Source: Antedon mediterranea
Lineage: Eukaryota; Animalia; Echinodermata
NCBI RefSeq assembly: GCF_964355755.1
Contig: NC_092672.1
Coordinates: 27,100,437-27,164,436 of the forward strand
Length of the DNA: 64,000 nucleotides
Direction: 5' to 3'
This document shows positions 42,181 to 64,000 of the stretch, in pieces (within the stretch, counting starts at the first letter, position 1; every line of letters begins with the position of its first letter). A program made the translations under genes and the position numbers. Below the pieces are notes generated by a model, which was not told the DNA's origin, did not search any database, and saw nothing but the letters and a program-made list of their open reading frames with translations.

Positions 42181-43133
42181 CCGTTTTTTCTGTTAGGTTA
42201 AGGCAGAAACTATTGAGGGCCTGAATCCCTACATAAATATTCATGATGTGACGGAAAACCATGGAAATAGTTTTCACGTGGTAATCGAAAAGATCTCTCG
42301 TCGCGCTGCTAGGGTAGCTGCTGCAAAAAATCACCAACCATTTAGCCGCACGTACGTATAGTATTAAAAATTGAGTCTAAATGAAATTGAATAAGAATTT
42401 GACACTTAAAATGACATTTTCTATATATACATGGGAAAATCCATGGAACTGCTAATGCAAAAACAAAATAAATAAAAATAAAATCGTTATAAGATATATA
42501 TGTTGCTTATGTTTCTGAAATATTAATTTTTTTGACATCCGATCCAATAATGTACATATTAAATGAAGTAATTAAAACTCACACATAGCCTTAGAATCAA
42601 TTGTGATACAGGTTTAATTATATCAGGCCTACATATTAACGGATTCTTCCTAAAAAAGAAAGTAAAATGTATTCAGCAACGCGACAACGTCAGGCTACTG
42701 TAGGCCTATATAACTAGCGTACGATGTTCGTCCAGCCAGCTTACAAAACTAAGCCCAACTAAGCTGGGCCTAAACGTCTACAAGAGAACTTTCGACGCGA
42801 GCTACTTATAGGTAGTGCATTGTTTTTCTCTTTTTATCATAATCAACCTTAATATAACGCACAATTAAGACAAGAAATGACCTGGTTTAATGTTTTTAAA
42901 GTTATTTAATGCATTATTTTTTTAAACGTCAAAATTTGCAGGTCTAGTGTCTTTAACAACAACATCGAGAGAAAAAGAGTACACTGACTCCGATCTGCAC
43001 TGCGAACGTGCATCAGACAGTTAAGTGTGTTTTGCAAGTATGACGTGAGGAGCTCAGACATGAATCATGAATATTCATGATATATGCACGCCCTCTATAG
43101 TTTCTGTCTTAACCTAATAGGAAAAAATTCCGG
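42181..43133. mobile_element. Non-autonomous TIR element downstream of the NLR stop
   Basis: ttaggttaaggcagaaactattgagggc / gccctctatagtttctgtcttaacctaa inverted pair with ccg..cgg outer ends. Confidence 0.65.
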
Positions 43134-44976
43134 CGGGACAAGTAATTTACAAAAAAATGAAAAAGGACAGTGAATATTTTAATTTTAAGCTTTAGAAAAT
43201 TTGAGAAAAACAGCTTTAGAAATAAATGAAGTATAGCATACTAAAATACAGCATTATCTGGTATGAGTACCGGAGCACGGACGACGATTTAAACACACAA
43301 ATACCCAATGATCACATATTATTAGTTATATGAGTATTATTACACTTAAGTTTTTGTTTAATATCTTACCAATCGATCTAAAACTTAGTCTACATTGTAA
43401 AAATGTCAGATATTATTGATGTGGTTTTATTTTCTAAACAGGTGAATCTTCTGGTTAATGAGGAAATCATTAACTAGAACTGATCCTGTCAGTTAATCAC
43501 ATCATAATAATATCTTGCAGATCTGTAATTGGTTCTAAAACATGATAGGGGTCCAGTCATTCTAGCGTAAAAATAGGGTGAACCTGGAACAAATTGCAAT
43601 ATATTTTTTTTTCTTCAGAGACGTCATCTATATCATGTCTAGTACTCCAAAAAATCTAAACAAATCCGATTTGGGGAACATTTTTAAATCTTCATTTCAA
43701 AATGGACGCTATTTTAATAGGCATGTATATATCTTTGTAACTAGTGGACATATATAGAGTCGTTTCAGTGTCATATTGTTCACAATGTATATGTTTATAT
43801 TTGCTCTGTGCATGGGGTGACTAGAACAACCCATGGGATTTTGATATTTGACTTGTGTTTGAAATATCTAAATAACGAATGGTCGTAGCTAACTTTAAGC
43901 CAATTTAAATTCAGCTATTTATTAAATGTATTTCTTTAAAATGTTAAAATATTTGCTGTAGAATGCTACTTGTGCCAAATATTTCAGTTTGCAATTGAAT
44001 GTTAGTACTGTAAGTGACTATGTCAATTTAAACTTTAAGCCAATCATAATAATTCAGCTATTAAATTAAATTTTAAATAGATTTGTTGCTTGTCTAATAT
44101 AATGCAAAATATTTCTATCAACGACATTTAAGTGAATGTCTCCTTAAAAGCAAGGGCTTCATAGAACAAAGCCAAAACCATGAGACTCGCAAAAAAGTTT
44201 CTAAACAATAAAAAAATTGGATCATTGGAATATTGAAGCGTTGTCAGTAAAAATACAATATTGTACAAGCTCATTTTTGGATCCAAAGATTGCAAGAATC
44301 ACTATAATAGGCGCACATGAACAATTTGAATATCATTTGGAAATAAAGAATTGTTGGTGGTGGGTTTGATGCTTGCCTTCCAATCCACGGGTACTCTGAG
44401 TTAAAATCCAGTGTCTCATGCTTTTATTTCATGATGGATTACAAATCCATTTCCCAAGTTTCGGGTAGACACAGCACTGCGGTTACCGTGGGTCAGCAGC
44501 AAGACCCGTATCTCCCGATATTAGGTGATAAGGTGATTAGTAGTATTATAGTCCAAACTTCCACCTCTTACTTTCGACAGCGACATGTCTATCTATCTGC
44601 TTCAGATATAGTGTCAACATTGCATTGCATAATCACCATCGGACCAATATTCACCATATTTCATCTACAATGATATAATTATAATCTAAGGCACAGTGAT
44701 ACACATCTATTCATCCCGAAGCCAAAAACCGATTTTAAAAAACAAATGTCTGTCTTATCGTGGAGCAATTATATGGAATAGTCTCAATGTTGATACCCTT
44801 CTAAATTCAGTTAAGTTGTTTAAAACGTATCTGAAAAATGCATTGTAAAACATAATGGTATGGTAATCTACGGTGGTCTACATCCAACTTTTAAAATGGC
44901 TAAATACCATGTAAAATGTGTGTTTTATCACTATTATTTTAAGGTAAATGAAATCAAAAAGATTTATTATGTATTA

Positions 44977-45084
44977 CAGTAGAATCCCCATAAATTATAC
45001 ACTTCAATAAGGGTTCCCGTTTACACGGGAAGTACCGGTATGGTGTACCCTAAATAGAGGTGTCAGATGAAGGGGATTCTGCTG
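44977..45084. mobile_element. Tc1/pogo (Tigger-like) MITE
   Basis: ta|cagtagaatcccc ... ggggattctgctg|ta. Confidence 0.7.
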
Positions 45085-46739
45085 TAATTTTGTTTCTTTT
45101 CAATTTCAATTTTTTCGTTTCTGTCGTATTTATATGGTGTTGGTTTTTTTTTGTTATACAGTATCACGAACTTGTGTAAAAACAATCAATATTGATTGAA
45201 CGAGTTGTACTGCACATCAGTCTCGTGTCTAAATAAAGTTTATATATATACTGTCAGAGCAATGATGTTATCTTTCAGTAGGACTTTGTTTTGGCATTAT
45301 CCCCTTTGCCAAACCATCCGGTCACAGCAGTTACGTAGGCTATCACATCATTCTTGTGTTAATGATTGGGGAAAAACTAGATATTGTCAACTTTCGCTGG
45401 CGTCCTTACTTCAAATCAAGTCATATTCATTCATAGAAGCCATGGAAGTGCTGATAAAGACGATCCATCTGGCATATAATGAATAGTATAACCTTAACTA
45501 ACTTTAGCAGAAATATTTATTAGCCTATAAATGAATAAATATAAACTTAAACTTAACTGAAGTTTTTGTTGAAACTAATGTATTTTAACTACAGTGTAAA
45601 TAGTGTACCGTATTGTATCATAAATATATAATTAATTATTTATACATTGAAGTCAATATACACAATTCTGTCTCCTTCATCTTTTGTCAAACAAGGTAAT
45701 AATTAAATAAGTACATTTAACAAATAGCTGAATTGTGATTGGCTTAAAGTTAGAATTAAATCAGATTACTTAAATAGCTTACGGTAGAAAAAAAAGTTAA
45801 TGAGAACACTTGTATTTATATATCAAAAGATTACAATGTGTGTTTTGAAGAATTTGAAATCACAAGTACCATTCCGCGGCTGCAATTTTTAAAGGTTAAT
45901 GGTCAATATTACGGTTCCAGTAAAAACAAAATATTCCATTCGAGTAAATATAACTATAGGCATATATTATGAACAATTTTCGCTTAGTTCTCTCTCTAAT
46001 AGACAGGTTCCATTTCTCAAAAAACGGCCTAGAAAACGAATCAAGAAGCATTTTTGGGTAGAAGCTGGGATCCACTTGGTTTAGGATATTTCGACCTCGC
46101 TGATTACGAATATGGCGGATCCCAAGCGAAATTCGGCCATCTAAGCCCTTAATTTGCATAATTAAAAATGGCGGCCATTTTTTATAATTACCCTATATCT
46201 CGAGAACCACTAGTCACAGATAATTAATTTTGGTGTCAAAATGTTTTAAATATATGGTTTTATATTCACTTTAATGACACATTTTCTCAAAAAATTGATG
46301 CAAGTCGTATTTCTGACATTTTGACCTTTGACCTTGATTTATCGTATCTCAGTAACCAATAATCGGAGAGACACAAAATAGGGCTCAAATTGTTCAGAAA
46401 CTATACATTCATATTTATTATAATGAAATGTTTTTACAAAAAATGGCCGATTCTACAACTATTGACCTTTGAACTATTAGTCAAATATAATAATATAATA
46501 ATAATATAACTTTGAAAATTGTGGTCTTATGAATTTTTTTTTCTTTTTAAATTGTTTAAAACATGTGTGTTTCTATCCAGTCTAATGGCATATTTTGTAC
46601 AAGAATGGCCGATAGTATGGTTATTGACCTTTTAACTACAGCATAGGCCTACTGTATACTAAATATAATATAATTGCATAACTATGAAATTATTTATACA
46701 CAATAATAATTAGTAACATTATAAAATTCACTGCCATCA

Positions 46740-47445
46740 AATATGATGTGTTATGATTTATATAGATTTAAAAAGGAATTTGAATACGCAAGTTACATTT
46801 TTTGAAATTTGAAATTTGAAATTACCTGCCATCAATATGATGGAGTGTGCTTATAGATTTTCTAAAATGTGAACATGTCAGCTACATTTGGAAATTACCT
46901 GCCATCAATATGATGGATTATGATTATAGATTTAAATAAAAATTTGAACACGTAACCTACATTAGAAAATTACCTGCTATCAATATGATGGATTATGATT
47001 ATAGATTTAAAAAAGAATTTGAACACGTCAGCTACATTTGGAAATTTGGAAATTACCTGCCATCAATATGATGGATTATGATTGTATAGTACCTGCCATC
47101 AATATGATGGATTATGATTATAGAATTAAAAAAGAATTTGAACACGTCAGCTACATTTGGAAATTGGGAAATTACCTGCCATCAATATGATGGATTATGA
47201 TTATAGATTTTAAAAAGAATTTGAACACGTAAGCTACATTTGGAAATTTGGAAATTACCTGCCATCAATATGATGGATTATGATTGTATAGTACCTGCCA
47301 TCAATATGATGGATTATGATTATAGATTTAAAAAAGAATTTGAACACGTAAGCTACATTTGAAAATTACTTGCCATCAATATGATGAATTATGATTGTAT
47401 AGATTTAAAAGAAAATTTGAACACGTACGTAAGCTACATTTGGAA
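46740..47445 (+). repeat. Minisatellite (about 65-75 bp unit) in the Academ left arm; inverted array at about 48960-49450
   Basis: Repeated ttacctgccatcaatatgatggattatgattatagatttaaaaaagaatttgaacacgt.agctacatttggaaa. Confidence 0.9.
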
Positions 47446-47984
47446 TGAACATGTTAAGGGCATCAGTTAAGATCATTCATGCAAAGGTTTCCGTCATCTT
47501 TAGCGTTGTTACAGCGGCATAAAGCTGTACATGGTAGTTTTGACTTCTTGCACCTACATCTATTGGCAGGTTATGTATCGTGTCTTGCATCCACAATAAA
47601 TCATCTCTAACGAAGCAGTAGGAATAGCTTCATTTTTCAGAAGCACTGGTTGAAGTTTACCATTAGATAGCTCCCAACCAAAATATGTTGGTGATGGCAA
47701 ATGCTGGATTGGCGATACAGCTTTTTTCCATACGAGTGCTTGGAAGTGTGCTCTTTTTATATGTTGGTGCACTGCATCGCTTGTTGGAGGTAATGCCTTT
47801 TTTTTTTAAAGCCTAACTTTATTGGTACTTTTAACTTGACCAACACCGTAAACGTAGCAAATGAATCTTTCCGATTTCATAATAACTTGGTCACTGATAG
47901 GTTTTCTCCCAGGTCTTTAATTAGTTCATACCTTTTTTTAATACTTCCCATGCCGATGCCTTTGAGTGACCACTTAGATATGAG

Positions 47985-48039
47985 CAGTGAAGAGTTAAAT
48001 TACTGTATGTATGTATTAATATAATTTAACTCTTCCCTG
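47985..48039. mobile_element. 55-bp hAT-type micro-MITE
   Basis: cagtgaagagttaaatta...taatttaactcttccctg with a perfect 8-bp TSD gatatgag (47977-47984 and 48040-48047). Confidence 0.8.
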
Positions 48040-50879
48040 GATATGAGGTAGTATCGCATCCACTAATAGTGTGGAATGGAATCAGTGCTTTTGCAGAACC
48101 CTCGGGCAAGGCTTGAAAAATGTCTTTTATAGATACTTTCTTTTTTTGGATGTCCCTGTCATCATCCATTTGGATACCATGCTTTGGTAGTGAGACACTA
48201 GAATCACTAGTACGTCTGTATCCCTAGAAGCAACTACAACTGTGTCGTATCGGACATTGGCAGCATGACAAGTCTCGTGTCCGATTCTTCATGGTCTGAC
48301 CAGAGACAACGTATTCGTGTACAATTTTGATGATTTAACAACTGATTCTTTCATAAATCCACCAGCTGTGACAATTTCTTTGTCTATAGGAGCTTGACGA
48401 ATCAACTCCTCTGATAGAAATCGTGTCAGATCTGCATTATTATCTTGTAATGCCAACAAGTTTGACCAGCAATTTGGCAGCGGTATTTCACCACTTTCTA
48501 TAATTCGACGAATTGGTCTCTGTGTTTTGGTTCATCTTTGTCTGGTGGTGTCCTTTATCGACAGTTTTAAGTTAGGCATGCCATGTTTAAAAAAAAAAAA
48601 ATTACCTCCAACAAGCGATGCAGTGCACCAGCATCATATAAAAAGAGCACACTTCCAAGCACTCGTATTGAAAAAAGCTGTATCGCCAATCCAGCATTTG
48701 CCATCACCAACATATTTTGGTTGGGAGCTATCTAATGGTAAACTTCAACCAGTGCTTCTGAAAAATGAAGCTATTCCTACTGCTTCGTTAGAGATGATTT
48801 ATTGTGGATGCAAGACACGATGCATAACCATATAGATGTAGGTGCAAAAAGTCAAAACTACCATGTACAGCTTTAATATGCTACTGTAACAACGCTAAAG
48901 ATGACGGAAACCTTTGCATGAATGATCAAAACTGATGCCCTTAACATGTTCATTCCCAATGTAGCTTACGTGTTCACTATTCTTTCAAACCTATACAATT
49001 ATAATCCATCATATTGATGGCAGGTAATTTCCAAATTTCCAAATGTGGCTGACGTGTTCAAATTCTTTTTTAATTCTATAATCATAATCCATCATATTGA
49101 TGGCTGGTACTATACAATCATAATCCATCATATTGATGGCAGGTAATTTCCAAATGTAGCTGACGTGTTCAAATCCTTTTTTAAATCTATAATCATAATC
49201 CATCATATTGATGGCAGGTAATTTTCTAATGTAGCTTATGTGTTCAAATTCTTTTTTAAATCTATAATCATAATCCATCATATTGATGGCAGGTAATTTC
49301 CAAATGTAGCTGACATGTTCACATTTAAAAAAATCTATAATCATACTCCATCATATTGATGGCAGGTAATTTTAAATTTCAACAAATGTAACTTGCGTGT
49401 TCAATTTTTTTTTAAATCTATATAAATCATAACACATCATATTTGATGGCCGTGAATTTTATAATTTTACTAATTATTATTGAGTATAAATAATTTCATA
49501 GTTATGCAATTATATTATATTATATTCAGTATACAGTAGGCCTATGCTGTAGTTTAAAGGTCAATAACCATACTATCGGCCATTCTTGTACAAAATGTGC
49601 CATTAGACTGTATAGAAACACACATGTTTTAAACAATTTAAAAAGAAAAAAAAATTCATAAGACCACAATTTTCAAAGTTATATTATTATTATATCATTA
49701 TATTTGACTAATAGTTCAAAGGTCAATAGTTGTAGAATCGGCCATTTTTTGTAAAAACATTTCATTATAATAAATAAGAATGTATAGTTTCTGAACAATT
49801 TGAGCCCTATTTCGTGTCTCTCCGATTATTGGTTACTGAGATACGATAAATCAAGGTCAAAGGTCAAAATGTCAGAAATACGACTTGCATCAATTTTTTG
49901 AGAAAATGTGTCATTAAAGTGAATATAAAAACATATATTTAAAACATTTTGACACCAAAATTAATTATCTGTGACTAGTGGTTCTCGAGATATAGGGTAA
50001 TTATAAAAAATGGCCGCCATTTTTAATTATGCAAATTAAGGGCTTAGATGGCCGAATTTCGCTTGGGATCCGCCATATTCGTAATCAGCGAGGTCGAAAT
50101 ATCCTAAATCAAGTGGATCCCAGCTTCTACCCAAAAATGCTTCTTACATCATATTTCAGAGGAAATAGAACTTGTCTATAACTGTACGACGATACAATAT
50201 TTCGATAGGCAAACACGGCTCAAAGGTCAAAATTGCAGAAAGGGTTTTCTAGTCACTTTTAGAAGAAAAAGTTGCATTAGAGTTAATATAAATATACATT
50301 GTGAAGAATTATGACACCGCAATGACTCTATACGTCCACTAGCTATTTTGAAATTACTATTTAAACATGTTCCTTGACTTAGATTGCAATTGATATTTTG
50401 GAGTACTAGACATTGTATAGGTGGAATCCCTGTAGAACAAACATGTTGCAATTTGTTCTAGTTCCATCACTAGAATGACGGGACTACTGTAAAATTGAGG
50501 CATTTGAACTTCAGTTATCTCAATCTACTTATATAAATAAATAAATTGGCTTAACCATGGGTAAAATATAGTTTTGTTTTTTTTATCGACGTTAGCTTGA
50601 TTTATAATGTTCTCCACAACTACAACGTCTTGATATGAGCAAATGCCACCTCCAACAGTAGTACTCCCAAGACATTTATTGAACTAATGTGATAGAAACA
50701 AAGCTAACCCGACAGGCTTGATCTAAAGAAAAGCGATACATGTATTATGTTTCTGGTTGGACAAATAAAAACTATATATCATTGCTATCTGTTCCCTGTT
50801 TCCGGACTAATAGACTTAGGCCTACGTGGACTCATTTTCCTTTGTTGCATCCTCTTCTTGTAACGAACTACCTCCTTTT

Positions 50880-51005
50880 GTTAATCTTTCCCCCACTCAT
50901 TTAAGATTAATTTAAAAATTCATTTATTTAGCAAATTTCATGATACAAGGCGCATTTGATCATCTTTTTTTGGAATTGGCACTATATAAATGTTTTATTG
51001 GTATT
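50880..51005 (+). mobile_element. L2-type LINE 3' end remnant
   Basis: FKINLKIHLFSK followed by ggcgcatttga...gcactatataaatg..tatt tail. Confidence 0.45.
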
Positions 51006-51654
51006 TTTATCTAAAATTATATACATTATCAGAAATAAAGTTATATAAAACAGTGTCATTTTCATTCATTGAGATAATAATAATATGGGCAGCGCACATC
51101 TAATAGTCCTACCCTAAGGATTTATACCTGATTCGTCAGGTTTTAACTTGACCCTTTTTAACATGACACGCCAATTAATTTCTGAAGCTCCGGCGTAAAT
51201 AATTTGAAATCAAAACACTTGAATAACCAGGACAGAGTGAAATTAATAGTAGTAATTTCAATCTTCACTGGAATAACGAAGATACTAGCTGTTGGCCACA
51301 CAAAGCGAATAAAAAATGTATGCAGTCCAATATAACTGTCGCCATGAAGGATGAACTTATTCATTAATTAGTCAAAATCGTCAACTCCCAGTGATGCACG
51401 ATTTAACTTATTTCCGGAATTTGAATATAAAGAAGATGGTTTCTTTTATCTGGTATTTTTGTATACTTTGGGAAGAAATGTTGCCATTTTACCCAATTAA
51501 CCTACGACGACGATGATACTGTAATTTACTGCTGTTTTATATAATTTATTAAAATAATTATTCATGCGTCTATTTTTATAATCTTTAATGTGCGTATGTA
51601 AATCTTGTATGCCTAGCCTATAAACTAATGCGTCAATTCAGCTATTATCTGCTG

Positions 51655-52140
51655 ACGTCTTTTGTATTTTATAGTGTCTTGAGGAAATTTATAGAAAAGC
51701 CTGTTTTTATAATTTCGTAGTTTCTATTTTATATACATTTAAATATGGATTTTAATATTCTTATATTGTTTATGTGATCAATTATATTTTAATAGATTTA
51801 TATTTTATAGTGTTTTGATACAATACTGGACTAGCTTAAGAGCCTACCTATAGGGCCTCTCATGATGCAATTTCTTTCTGTTTTAATTGTTGTAACATAT
51901 ATTTCAAATAGTTTGTATGTTATTATACTGTTTTTATCGGATGTTTTATTATTTGTAATTCTTATGTTAAGTGCATTTAAGACTTGTTTGTATTTTATAG
52001 TGTTTTGATACAATACTGGATTAGCCTAAGTCTTTTGATGCAATTTCGTATTGTTTCTATTGTTGCGCATACATTTTTAAATACAAATTTTCTTATTACT
52101 GTTTTATTGGATGATTTATGTTTTATAATCGTTATACCAA
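51655..52140 (+). repeat. Diverged tandem repeat (about 150-190 bp unit)
   Basis: tattttatagtgt(t/c)ttga.. recurs at about 51665, 51802 and 51991; the last two continue acaatactgga.tagc. Confidence 0.55.
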
Positions 52141-52721
52141 GTGTATTTAAATGGATGCCTAATTATGGTGGTGGTTTGATGCAATAAATATATCGAAATA
52201 ATATAAAACATAACTTTCTTTGTGTTAGTTATTTTTTCTTTTCGACATTAGCTCTACCTAACGAAAAGTGATATCTAATGGTGATAATTAATGCACGTTC
52301 AGCTTTTTGTAAACATTTTTTTAACATTTTGCTACACTTCGTTTGACTGATATTTCGAAAAACAAGCTGTAGAAGTGCGTGACTTCTATAACTACTATAC
52401 TTCGCATCTAAAGTTTGAGCGCTCTTTTGACCTAGCATCCCGGCCTAGCATTTGTCAATAATTTATGACAGATAAGTTTGTTGAATGGAGAGAATAATAC
52501 ATTCGATGAAAAAATAAACAACCTATGAAATATTCTCACTATCCAACTCAAACATTCATTATTTGTATATTAGTGAATGTTTATGAATTTACTGATGAGA
52601 AAATTTCATGAGATGTCATTGTCCTAAAAAGAAGCCCATTGGCTTCTTTACGGTATGCATTTTGAGCCAAAAAGAATAAACCAAGAAGCAAGACGGTCAA
52701 ACTTCATGAAGCAGTGCACCA

Positions 52722-62194
<9,473 letters not shown>

Positions 62195-62994
62195 TTACCT
62201 AAACACAAAAATACTTAATCATCAAATCAATTTCTAAGATTTCTTGTAATAAATATATGCATATCTGTTTTTAAAAAGGGGTAATAGGTTACGCCTACAC
62301 ACAGAAATTAATTTTGTCACCACCATTTTTCTGCCTTTATACACTATGTTGTTTTTTCTATTGATTTTGCGCAGTCACAAAATCTTTCTAATTTTTTTCA
62401 GCCATACAGTTATGTAGGCTAATCATTACAGTAATTTTGTTCTCATAATATGACCCTCTGTTCAGGAAGTACTTCTTCTGATGAAGATGGCTTCTGTAGC
62501 ACGAAAATCATCTGTTCTTAATTAAAGTTAACGAAACCATCACAACAGTATCAATAACATTTTATTTGTATTGAACATGATTTTCACCAAAATATGCGTT
62601 ATTGGTTAAATATATCTAAAGAATATGGATTACATTACATAGTTCTTAGCCCTCTAAAAAAGTTGCTCTTTTGGCATTCCATAGATTAGAAACAAACAAA
62701 TTGAACATTGATTGAGTATTAAAAAACATAGGCCTAGCTAGGCCTAGCCTAGAGTGTGCGAAAAAACGTCTGTAAAATCATCAATTTAAAGATGTATTGT
62801 CCCCAAAAAACATTAAAAATAAAGATTAATTAAATCAGACTTTTTAATATTTATTTATTTTGTAGTTTTTAATAAAGTTCAGTAGAAAAACAACCGAAAC
62901 ATAATAATGTTTTCACTTATAAAATGACAAAAAAATTTAACCAAAAACCCATTGGTTGGCAGCCAATTTGACAATTTTTGAGACGGGTTGGTGA

Positions 62995-64000
62995 ATTTTG
63001 TCCAAGATGGGGAAATTTCTGTCCAGAATGGGGAAATATTTTGTCCAGAATAAGAACAATAGCGATAGGTGGCGCTATAATCGTGTCCAAGATGGGGAAG
63101 CTGTCCAATATAGAGAAATCCGATTTGTCCAAAATGGGGAAATTTCTGTCCAAGATGGGGAAGTGGTGGCGCTATATCGTGTCCAAAATGGGGAAATTTC
63201 TGTCCAAGATGGGGAAGTGGTGGTGCTATATCGTGTCCAAAATGGGGAAATTTCTGTCCAAGATGGGGAAGTGGTGGCGCTATATCGTGTCCAAAATGGG
63301 GAAATTTCTGTCCAGAATGGGGAAATATTTTGTCCAGAATAAGAACAATAGCGATAGGTGGCGCTATAATCGTGTCCAAGATGGGGAAGCTGTCCAATAT
63401 AGAGAAATCCGATTTGTCCAAAATGGGGAAATTTCTGTCCAAGATGGGGAAGTGGTGGCGCTATATCGTGTCCAAAATGGGGAAATTTCTGTCCAAGATG
63501 GGGAAGTGGTGGTGCTATATCGTGTCCAAAATGGGGAAATTTCTGTCCAAGATGGGGAAGTGGTGGCGCTATATCGTGTCCAAAATGGGGAAATTTCTGT
63601 CCAGGATGGGGAAATGCTGTGTCAAAAATAGAGAAGCTGTCCAATATAGAGAAATCCGATTTGTCCAAAATGAAGAAATTTCTGTCCAGAATGGGGAAAT
63701 GCTGTGTCTGAAATAGAAGCTGTCCAATATAGAGAAATCCGATTTGTCCAAAATGGGGAAATTTCTGTCTAGGATGGGGAATTGCTGTGTCCAAAATAAG
63801 GAAGCTGTCCAATATAGATAAATCCGATTTGTCCAAAATGGGGAAATTTCTGTCCAGGATGGAGAAGTGCTGTGTCCAAAATAGAGCTGTCCAATATAGA
63901 GAAATCCGATTTGTCCAAAATGGGGACATTTTGCCCCGAGAGAAGGGCTGTGTCCAAAATAGAGAAACTGTCCAATATATAGAAATCCGATTTGTCCAAA
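62995..64000 (+). repeat. Hierarchical satellite: about 21-bp TGTCCAA.ATGGGGAA subunit, 54-bp units, 289-bp higher-order repeat
   Basis: 54-bp period (63181 vs 63235) and 289-bp period (63021 vs 63310); runs off the window end. Confidence 0.92.

Larger units (their letters stand above)
46000..50178. mobile_element. Academ DNA transposon derivative with long inverted arms and transposase remnants
   Basis: TAG..CTA ends (tagacaggttc / gaacttgtcta) with TSD taa/taa. Minus-strand remnants HEESDTR..VVVASRDTDVLVIL..W..G..FHTISGCDTTS (about 48045-48300) and LPPTSDA..QHIKRAHFQ..W....PSPT.FGW...CGCK..C (about 47500-47790), the latter repeated inverted at 48590-48900. Confidence 0.88.
43546..50486. 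mobile_element. Older diverged Academ-like element hosting the younger Academ
   Basis: Diverged inverted ends of about 250 bp: gtccagtcattctag..ggaacaaattgcaa..atgtctagtactccaaaa versus ttttggagtactagacat..ttgcaatttgttctag..ctagaatgacgggacta. Confidence 0.55.

Noticed and set aside
44100-44700. Possible degraded LINE RT fragment on the minus strand (PVDWKAS)
   Set aside because: Only one weak motif is recognisable; too degraded to call.
49009-49344. 111-aa repetitive ORF (LPAINMMDYDY repeats)
   Set aside because: It is a translation of the minisatellite in the Academ arm.
62879-63999. Several long overlapping ORFs (up to 284 aa) on both strands
   Set aside because: They are by-products of the 54-bp (18-codon) satellite; there is no splice or domain evidence.
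62995-64000. CRISPR-like appearance of regularly spaced repeats (also 46740-47445)
   Set aside because: The intervening sequences are themselves repeated rather than unique spacers, there are no cas genes, and the context is eukaryotic.

Overview
AT-rich, intron-containing animal genomic DNA. The gene and TE content suggests a marine invertebrate, probably an echinoderm-like deuterostome (inference). Three host genes are present. (1) An intact 12-exon CCDC157 orthologue on the minus strand (CDS 62188->52722, about 772 aa) ending in a C-x2-C-x12-H-x3-C zinc finger. (2) A second, near-identical but pseudogenised CCDC157 copy at the window start (exons 1-6 visible), with two broken splice sites and a frameshifting LINE insertion. 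The two copies define a direct segmental duplication with a period of about 55-58 kb. (3) Between them, a 7-exon NLR/STAND gene on the plus strand (35311->41866, about 1105 aa) with the apparent architecture DED-DED / TRADD-N-like x2 / NACHT. All its coding introns are phase 1, and its LRR region appears to be cut off by a premature stop. The rest is a dense, often nested set of transposon remnants: L2/CR1-group, Rex1/Babar, L1/Tx1 and RTE LINEs, a BEL/Pao fragment, tRNA-SINEs, tandem Helitrons, nested Helentron/HINEs, several Academ-like foldback elements (one with transposase remnants), a self-nested 10-bp-TSD MITE, Harbinger/hAT/Tigger MITEs and a higher-order satellite at the right end. 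All calls were read by eye with no database searches. No CRISPR array, rRNA gene or bona fide tRNA gene is supported.
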